The translations under genes were made by a program, and so were the position numbers. Shown one piece after another: positions 55,801 through 64,000 of a stretch of 64,000 nt of DNA (position 1 is its first letter; every line of letters begins with the position of its first letter). Under the pieces are notes generated by a model, which made no database searches, had not been told where the DNA came from, and saw only the letters and a list, made by a program, of their open reading frames with translations. Source of the DNA: Eledone cirrhosa (Eukaryota); the NCBI GenBank assembly GCA_964016885.1, contig OZ024762.1, positions 25,792,001-25,856,000 of the forward strand, written 5' to 3'.

Positions 55801-56922
55801 TAACAAAACATTAAGCGTTTCAAATGTCGTTTCTACACCTTTAGATCATATAGCCTTCAGATAATTGCCAGATATTTCGTTCACCGCTTCCAATTCCAAT
55901 TTAGTGGGTTCTTTACTGTCTCTAGTGTTGTATGGTCTGTCACTCACATTAAGGCTGTGTATCTCTTGAAACATATCATTCCATATCACTTGTAGGGAGC
56001 CCACAAGTTTTTGGTGCTCTGTTTGTTCAGTAGAGTCATGAATTTCAGCCTCGTTGTTGATGTGGTGACAATTACTACTAGAGTCAGCTGACCTTTCTCG
56101 CTGTTCTTCAGTGGAAGTGGGATGAATTTCAGCAAAATTGTTGGTGAGCTGTTCACTGTTAGATTTAGCTGGCCATTCTCTTTGTCTGTCAGTGGAGGTG
56201 GGGTGGTTGTCTACAAGGGCTGTATTTGTAGTATCACTCGATTCCGTTAGATGTATCAATTTACATCTAATGATACGTTTTGCCTGTTCATTTAAATGCT
56301 TTGGAGAAAAGTCTAATTCTGGGTGTTTGGAGTTCCATAAAGTTTTTAGCCTTTGCATAAAACCGAACTTTTGGGGTTCAGATTGTTTGTATGCTTCATA
56401 TAATACTTTGTTAAGCTCGTAGGTCCACTGTGTACAACGGTTGTAATTGCGATTTGGTCGAAGGAGACTTGTACTTTTTGCCATGATGAGTTCGTCTATT
56501 CACTAATATTTCGTATTTATTTTTCAAAATAGTCGATGATCTTCTTTAAAAGTTACGACAAAGTTCTGTCAGAATCAAATTTAAAGTTATTCACAGCTTG
56601 AGTAATATTTCTTTTCAGTTAGTTTTTAATTCTACAGCTGTGTTTTATATAAATGTAACATTTCTTTATAAATGTAATATAACAACGTTGCATTTATATG
56701 TTAAAGTGTATGTATCGTTCATATATCATAAGTGTATGTATCGTTCATATAAATAGGTGTTTTACAACACACTTACAGTTCAAACACTTATGTAGAATTA
56801 TTGTATGTAATCTTACCGCGTAATGTAGCTCAACTTTTTCCAATATATGGTATGTTGCCTTCATGTAAGCCGTAATTACACACGTCCGATTATCGGACAC
56901 TGACCACAACGGTCGCCATTTT
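52897..56922 (-). mobile_element. Apparently full-length R4/Dong-clade RLE retrotransposon in (TACA)n
   Basis: Single ORF broken by one stop and one frameshift (56484-55846, 55806-55369, 55394-52977); RT (LDYQKAFDSVPH, GIFQGDSLS, LFFVDDLK), CCHC finger, RPDIVVWD..VEISCP; (TATG)n on both flanks. Confidence 0.93.
52977..55394 (-). CDS. RT-zinc finger-RLE portion of the R4/Dong polyprotein (805 aa uninterrupted)
   Basis: Motifs as in the enclosing element; upstream part is out of frame. Confidence 0.85.
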   Translation of the reverse strand: MTPSKEQVESYWRSVWETDDGFNRQANWLKELEQDYCQHVQTKQYDIDGSILETALQKMSNRKSPGPDLITGYWLKNFTFYRQDLIRLFTETIKGTQELSRWLSTASTLLIPQNSQTTLAKNYRPIACQNIMYKLYTGCLNLFLQDHCATNNIITPEQAGGKREVWGCIDHLLTNKMIQEKTTKNRRNMTVVWLDYQKAFDSVPHGWIVKALQLAKVPQPLVAAVERLTKNWYTSLILRGEKEQVKTDKIHYQKGIFQGDSLSVLLFVLSLNPLSYLLRKQGRQRSGTRSISHLFFVDDLKLYGPNINDIKKQLDLITQFSTDIKMKFGESKCAYLAVKRGRAVPSSRNLEMNGLTIQPLQSGDNYRYLGQDENVRYDGPINKERTRTEYLRRVKKIWSSELSAYNKYIAHNTYAVPILTPTFGLLNWSLQELSEMDVRTRKLLSVTGNFNINGDVDRLYFSRKEGGRGLKSILTTYETRIVTLKQHLQQRKKVGNHLAQVYDHEKRNIIRIATDLEERYVIKPDINLSPREIGRSYSMFKQEKKIDQFTEKVVHGYLRRKTQTIEGINHSKSLAWSSDKFMTSHLEGYLYAIQEQELPTKYLLHKRGGPAADNKCRLCKTKIEDVSHIVASCERMSSRYYLPMRHDGIARTIWNALRKTKSTTNEEEYIETDGTKEYWWNLKIKTATKLKHNRPDIVVWDHTLKTCSVVEISCPLDVNVVRKIQEKEDIYGPLMRSLQIQYPRYTFSFIPIIIGATGYIPTRLDQSMTELGFADKKRSSLIHSLQTAAIVGTFKICKTFLRFKG

Positions 56923-57620
56923 ATGTATGTATGTATGTATGTATGTATGTATGTATGTATGTATGTATGTATGTATGTATGTATGTCTATATGTGTGTAT
57001 GTCTGTATGTGTGTATTATGTATGTGTGTATGTGTGTATGTCTGTATGTCTGTATGTGTATGTATATATGTATGTATGTGTGTATGTGTGTATGTCTGTA
57101 TGTATGTCTGTCTGTATGTGTGTCTGTCTGTATTTCTGTATTTCTGTATTTGTGTATGTACGTATTCTGTGTGTATGTGTATGTGTGTATGTATGTCTGT
57201 ACGTGTGCATGTGTGTATGTGTATGTGTGTATGTATGTCTGTACGTGTGCATGTGTGTATGTGTATGTGTATGTATGTCTGTACGTGTGTATGTCTGTAT
57301 GTGTGTGTGTATGTATGTGTGTATGTATGTATGTCTGTATGTGTATGTATGTATGTGTGTATGTGTGTATGTGTGTATGTCTGTATGTATGTGTGTATGT
57401 GTGTCTGTCTGTATTTCTATATTTCTGTATTTGTGTATGTGTGTATGTGTGTATGTATGTCTGTACGTGTGCATGTGTGTATGTGTGTATCTGTGTATGA
57501 TCTTCTCATGTCGTCTCAGATGACACATATATGTGTTTATGTGAGTGTTTTACATTGTGTGGTTTCCGGGCATGTTGAGTAGGTATGAAAACTTCAACTA
57601 CCTGTACATACATAACGACA

Positions 57621-57654
<34 letters not shown>

Positions 57655-57660
57655 GATAGA

Positions 57661-60600
57661 GTGAGACACGCTTCACATCGGCTCCGCTATTCTATCGGAA
57701 TTTACCCTTACTATAGTAAGTACCAGTGAATTTTTTCAGTGCAACACATTTGGAACACTTACCCCTGTTATTTAGGGAAACAATTTTACATTTACCCCCT
57801 TTTAGGGGGTAAAATAAATAACTATTTTTCTGTAAAACTTCTTTCTTGGCAGCATGGCGGAAAAGATGGCAGACATGTCTGCCATTAGCTCTGCCACGCC
57901 CCCCAAGTCTGAAGAACAAAAAATGGATACAACAAAACTAGACAACGAAACAAACAAGGAAATGAAAAAACAAATGTTACGGAAAATGAGCAAACGGAAA
58001 ACAAACAAACAGAAAATAAGAATACAAATAACAACAAGGCAACTTTCGCCCAGAAAACAAGACAATCCATAATATATACACCTATAGACTTAACTGCCGC
58101 CAGAGAAAAACTGGCAGAAGCAAAAAAACACATAGTCTTGGTGGAGAACGGAATGTTTTCCATTAACCCCCTCCCCCCCCCCCAGAATTCAAGAAAGCGA
58201 GAACAGAAAGCACTGTTCTCTTCAGAAAATCCTAAACCAAACGAGAAAGCCAGCCCAGCCCAGCCAGCCAAATGGAGATAGAGTTGGTCCTAAAAGACTA
58301 TATGAAGAATATTCTCTTCATACGAAAGGACCGACTCTATGGCAGCATTTCGGTCTTAACAAAAGACAGGGAAACAGCGCAGAGGCTTTCCCTAAGCCCA
58401 CTCTCATCAACAACATACAGCTTCTATCCCTCCTACATGGGTAGAAGAACACAGAGAGTCAAAATACGAACAATGCTGCCCACAATGGACTTCTGGTGGG
58501 CTATTGCTGGCTTCATAGACATGGGCGAGGACACAGTGCTGTCAATGGGGAAGGCATCTGGAGATACGTTCCTGGGAATGGGCCTCGACCTGCTAGTCCA
58601 AATGAGGCCCGAAAGAATAGCGCAAATCCCGGATCGCATCTGGCTGAATGACCTCACCCCAATATATATAATTGTAGAGGGGAGAAGACCAGCATGCTAT
58701 TCATGCACGGAAAGGGGACACGTTAAGGCTAACTGCCCGAAACGTATCCCCCAAAAAGGACTATTGCCCACACCCACCACAAACAGTACACCAACACCAC
58801 CCACCTCCAAAAATACACTAATACCACACACAGCAAACAAAATACAGACACCACCAACCACAAGCACAACACAAACATCACCACCACCAGCACCAAACAC
58901 AAGCATGACACAAAAATCACCACCACCACCACCAACCACAACACAAACATCACCACTACCATCACCAACCACAAGCACGACACAAACATCACCACCACCA
59001 CCACCACAAAACGCATTCCAAACAAATAATTAAAAAAACAGCAACAAATCTACCCCTCCCGCAAAAAAAAACAACCAGACACCACGTCCCTCCCACCTAG
59101 CGCTGAAGAGTTTCCCCCAACTTCTGAAGAAGAAGGAGGAGAAGCCTTCAGACAAGTTAAAAGAAAAAAAAGAAAGCACACACCCAGCACACCACAAATA
59201 ACCCACACACAAACACCAACTCCAATCAAAAACACCCACCCTCGACAAACAAAAATAAATCTGCGCCTCCCCTCTTCGAAACATTGACAGCATCACAAAA
59301 AAAGACTTTGCAATACACATATAAATAAAGAAAACAAAAAACTGTTTAAATTAATAAACAATAGCCCTTTGGTGCAGACCAAAGGGCCAAACTTCATCTC
59401 AACAGAGAACTTCACCCATTTAAAAATGATAAATGTCCCTCTGGACCTTTATCGTTCCTTAAAAGAACAATTTAAACAGGACGTGAGCCCCCCCCCCCCC
59501 CCCCCCCCGGTTTAAAACCGTTAAATCGCGTCCTCTTGAAATATTTCCCCATAACCTCCCATCTCCCTGACACAACTCCAAATACCCCAACCCCACCACA
59601 CTCGGATACCCCCACACCACCACAAAACATCCCTCCACCCAACACACCCGACGCCATGGAAATTACACAACCCGGAGAGGTAGGTGCTTGTCTTTCTTCA
59701 CTTTCAACACCAAAATAGATCAATTGAGAGTTGGCTGTTTGAATGCGCGTGGCCTGGGCTCAGCTTGGAAGCAAGCAAAGCTTCTAAGTGACCTCAGGTC
59801 ACGAAGTATAGATGTGATGGTTGTTTGCGAGAGTCGGATCAGCAGCGTGCGACAGCTGGCTCCCGCCTTCGATGACTTTGAGATGCACGGATCTCTCTGT
59901 CAACCCGGAGGCGGGGGTGGGGTTGCCGTACTGCTGGATAAACGTCTGGCTCTCGACATACAGATTGTTCACTCGGACCCGGGGGGTCGATTACTGGTGC
60001 TGGACGTCGGAGGCGGTGAAGGCGGGGCTTTCAGACTGGTCGGTCTTTATGCCCCCTTCGGGGCTGAAAGAGCCGACTTCTTCCAGCGTCTGGAGACTTT
60101 TCTAGGAACGTCGCGTTCCCTGCTTTTAGTGGGGGACTGGAATTGAATCCTAGATGCGCGTTGGGACTAGCAGGGGCATGTTCCGATAGAGGGGGTGTAG
60201 CAGCCTCAAGGGGTTACTCGATCGATTCGACCTGGTCGATAGATTTCGACTAGATTTTCCAACTGTGCCAACCTGGACCTGGGCAAACCGCAGTGGTCAA
60301 TCTAGATCGTACCTAGATAGGTTTTTGGTTAGGAGTAAGGATAGGGACGTATTTAGTTGTCCAGAATTGCTCATGGTTGGCTATTCAGATCACAAATTAG
60401 TGACCTGCGTGGTCAACCTTGATAGAACGCATAGACAGGGTCCCGGTTACTGGAAGATGAACTTGTCCTTGCCGGCAAAGGAAGCTTACAGGAACCGGAT
60501 TAGTAGCTTAGTTAAGATGCGGTTGACGGGAGCGATCGTCAACAGCAGGTGGTGGGTATCTCTAAAGAGAGAGATTAGAGTAAGTTCGATAGGTTACAGT

Positions 60601-62155
60601 AAGGAACTAGCGGCGAATAAAAATAGGAGGGAAAGGGAGTTAACAGATAAACTAGAAGAGGCGATTAGGAGCGGAGACGTGGCCAGAGTGTTAGCGGCGA
60701 GAACGGCGTTGAGCCAGTTCTTTGACGCGAAGCACGAAGGCTGCGTTGTCCGAAGTAAAATACGTGCTTTAGGAAACGAGGGGACCAAAGCTGTTAGCTG
60801 GGCCCGCGTGACAGAAGCCAAGAGTGGGATTAAATCCACCATTCGGTCCTTGAACCTGAGTGGATGTGCGAGGCCTTTCAAAGGCACTTTGCTCGACTGT
60901 TCGGAGGTGGCGGGGGGCCGGACGGGGGTGTGGACTTCGGTCCATACCTCGACGGTCTACCGCGTCTTTCGAGCGGCGAAGCGGAGTGCTGCGAAAGGCC
61001 AATCACAGCCACTAAAATCGGAGAAGCGCTCAGCCAATGCAGCAGACGCAAATCCCCGGGTCTCGATGGTCTACCATACGAACTTTATTTAGCTATGCCG
61101 GTCTTGTTCTCCGAACTCCTCGAGGCTGTCTATTGCAACTGGCAACAGAACGGGAGAATTCCCTGTTCTGTGACCAAGGGCGTGGTCACGCTAGTGAGGA
61201 AGGACGAGAGCAAGGGGGACGACTTAAGTAACTTTAGGCCCATAACTCTGCTGAATGCAGAGTTACAGATTTTGGCCAAGGTGTTGGCGAAGAGGTTGGC
61301 GCTTGTGGTGGGTGGTTTGGTGGGAGACGCGCAGACATGCGCTATCCCGTCCAGGTCCATTCACGACAACCTCCACCTCATGCGATACATCATAGAGAGG
61401 GTTGGCTACGAACCCGGCTTTGGTGGGGCCCTGATCAACTTGGATCAATCTAAGGCGTTCGATAGGGTCGACCATGGTTACCTGGATGCGGTGCTAGCGG
61501 CGGCGGGCTTCGGACCCGTTTTCAGGGGCTGGATTTCTGCCATGCACAGTGGCAACATCTACTCTAGGATTAAAGTAAACGGCTACCTCTCGGAGCCGTT
61601 TCAAATCACCCGATCCATCAGACAGGGGTGCCCCCTCTCCTCCCTTCTGTACGTATTGACTCTCGAGCCACTGCTGCGGAAGTTGGAGCTGCTGCGGGGT
61701 ATACCCCTGGAACCGGGATTACACAAAGCGGTCTTTGAAGGGCCAGGATGGACATGTGATCCTTGAACCTGAGCGGATCTCCGCGGCCTTTCAACGGCGC
61801 TTTGCACGACTGTTCGGGAGGGGCGGCTGGCCGGGTGAGGCCATGGGATTTCGGTCCATACCTCAACGGTCTGCCGCGGCTCTCAGACGGGGAGGCGAAG
61901 TCCTGCGAACGGCCGATTTCAGCTGCTGAGATAGGGGAAGCGCTCAGCAAATGCGGCAAACGCAAATCTCTGGGTCTCGATGGTCTACCATACGAACTTT
62001 ATGTAGCGATGCCGGACTTGTTCTCCGATCTCCTCGAGGCGGTCTACTGCAACTGGAAACAGAACGGGAGAATTCCCAGTTCTGTGACCAAGGGCGTAGT
62101 CACGCTGGTGAGGAAGGACGAGAACAAGGGGGATGACATAGATAACTTCAGGCCC
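57661..62155 (+). mobile_element. Second Tx1/L1-clade LINE, 3'-truncated and rearranged
   Basis: ORF1 VEGRRPACYSCTERGHVKANCP; ORF2 CLNARGL, VGDWN, YLDRF, YSDH, LDQSKAFDRVDH, RQGCPLS; 61733-62155 repeats a diverged version of ~60850-61240. Confidence 0.9.
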
Positions 62156-62172
62156 CAAAATACGGTGATATA

Positions 62173-62408
62173 TCACCGTATTTTTTTACTAAAGTAATTT
62201 TAACCTGATAGTGGGGTTTAGAACCCTCAGAGAAATGGAAAAAGATTAGTATTGGCGTAGATGGGAGTCAATACTCATCTTTTTCCATTTCTCTGGGGGT
62301 TCTAAACCCCACTATCAGGCTAAAATTTCTTTAGTCAAAAAATACGGTGAAAGCTTCTCTTTTCTAATTTCAAACTTGCTCGCTGTTTCAAAACATACTT
62401 ACTTGTCA
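62173..62408 (+). mobile_element. Fold-back mini-element (arms 62173-62254 / 62269-62350, tail to 62408)
   Basis: Inverted arms read directly; homologue at 9121-9270; ends in (TA)n. Confidence 0.75.
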
Positions 62409-62430
62409 TATATATATATATATATATATA

Positions 62431-62876
62431 TGCAAAAGCTGTATTTAAATTGTTGGGATACAACAAGTAAATATTTTTATAACTGATATAAAGCACTCGA
62501 CAAGTATTTGAAGTAGATATACGATATTAATAAATGGAAACTATATTTATAAAACCATATTTATTTCATTATACATATTTCAAGGATACCAAGTTAAATT
62601 ATGGTATGCCTTCATCAGAAAAAATACAATATATATCAGTTTTACAAATAAGCATTGACGTACCCTTTCAAAATGGAGGACATCAGGATAGACTATCCTG
62701 ATGTCCTTCAAAAGTAATGGTCGCATTTTGAAAGGGTACGTCAATGCTTATTTGTAAAACTGATATATATTGTATTTTGTCTGATGAAGGCATACCATAA
62801 TTTAATTTGGTATCCTTGAAATATGTATAATGAAATAAATATGGTTTTATAAATATAGTTTCCATTTATTAATATC

Positions 62877-62880
<4 letters not shown>
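62431..62880 (-). mobile_element. Fold-back HHR-bearing PLE-like mini-element (family A)
   Basis: Reverse-orientation copy of 9645-10053; palindrome centred at ~62692; (TA)n on both sides. Confidence 0.82.
62773..62837 (+). ncRNA. Type I hammerhead ribozyme motif (mirror copy ~62561-62627, minus strand)
   Basis: CTGATGA 62781-62787, stem II ATACCA/TGGTAT, GAAA 62818-62821, ATATGTATA^ATGAAATA. Confidence 0.75.
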
Positions 62881-62940
<60 letters not shown>

Positions 62941-63314
62941 ATAATAATATATTCATGTGTGTACGTATGAGTGTATTAATGTATGTATATATGTATACAT
63001 ATATACATACATAAGAACGTAACTCAGGAAAGTGGGATAACATCGACATAAAACATGTGCCTCAGTTGTTACCGATGATGTTGATCTTTTCTTCGTTTCG
63101 GGTTATAGCTACTGTCGCTCAGAGAGTGGGATTGGCTCAGTGCACAGTCTTTCCTCACTTTAAATAAAATCTTCACGCACAGGCATTGAACGATGGAATT
63201 AATTAATAATTATTAATAATGTTATATTGTGCAATGGCCATACTTGATAACGAGGGGACAGTCATCATGTATCTATGTATATATATATATGTATGTGTGT
63301 GTGTGTACGTGTAT

Positions 63315-63418
<104 letters not shown>

Positions 63419-63974
63419 CATTATTCCACATTGCCAGACATAAACTGCAATTCGAAATCACAATCAATCTGTTGCACAGCTCTCCTAACCTGTCCTGATC
63501 TTTAAAGTGTAAGGACCTTTTATTTTACACACAAATGCACGAAGCTACCACGCCTTCTGCACGTGACATTCGACTATCGGAATATCTGAGGCATATTATT
63601 GCAGGATCAATCAAATTTAAATGCACTGTTGGCAAATAATATTTCGATATCTTTACGTATAATTTAGGCTTCTGTATTATCTAAATCTTCCCAACTTCAA
63701 CGATTTCGTTATGCTGTAAAAGGAAAGTCGGTTCCTATTCAATATAATTCAGCTTCTAATAAAACATAGATTCTATCCTATTAAGTATACCTTTTCAGCC
63801 GTTTGGAAACACAACTCTTAACGGATACATCAGTAAGGAATCAAAACAGAATCATTTCTATGAAGGTTATGACTGAATAATGAATATAGCATAGCCAAGG
63901 TATTGAACCACTTAATATGTATTTCTATATTTCATTCAGACGAACAGAAAATAAAACACACACACACGCATATA

Positions 63975-64000
63975 TATATTAATAAATGGAAACTATATTT
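63975..64000 (+). mobile_element. Start of a third family A element
   Basis: TATTAATAAATGGAAACTATATTT after a TA run, identical to 9648-9671; cut by the window end. Confidence 0.7.

Noticed and set aside
62205-62240. HHR at CTGATAG-TGGGG..CCCTCA-GAGAAA
   Set aside because: Core lacks the 3-8 pair and no stem III or cleavage triplet can be formed.
62692-62745. Second HHR at the family A axis (CTGATGT...GAAAGGGTACGTC)
   Set aside because: Stems I and III do not pair convincingly and the 9.8-kb copy lacks GAAA.

Overview
Repeat-saturated animal DNA, probably cephalopod/octopus (inferred from the SINE type and microsatellite load); no host protein-coding gene is recognisable. It contains an 8.2-kb 29-bp minisatellite, RTE fragments, a tandem array of tRNA/Nin(Deu)-domain SINEs, and a nest of Tx1/L1-type LINEs interleaved with SINEs in (ATT)n. 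There are also two R4/Dong-type RLE retrotransposons in (TACA)n, a decayed Penelope-like element (PLE) with a ~1-kb inverted pseudo-LTR, MITEs and Helitron-like ends. The main unexplained signal is a population of short, non-coding elements (0.2-1.1 kb, several families) sitting in (TA)n tracts. They carry type-I hammerhead ribozyme (HHR) folds with short, mostly palindromic stem III, and most share one fold-back layout: short inverted arm + long arm + tail. That layout mirrors the full PLE at 41.1-45.0 kb, suggesting ribozyme-bearing, TA-targeted non-autonomous PLE hairpin elements. All folds and alignments were read by eye and need computational confirmation.
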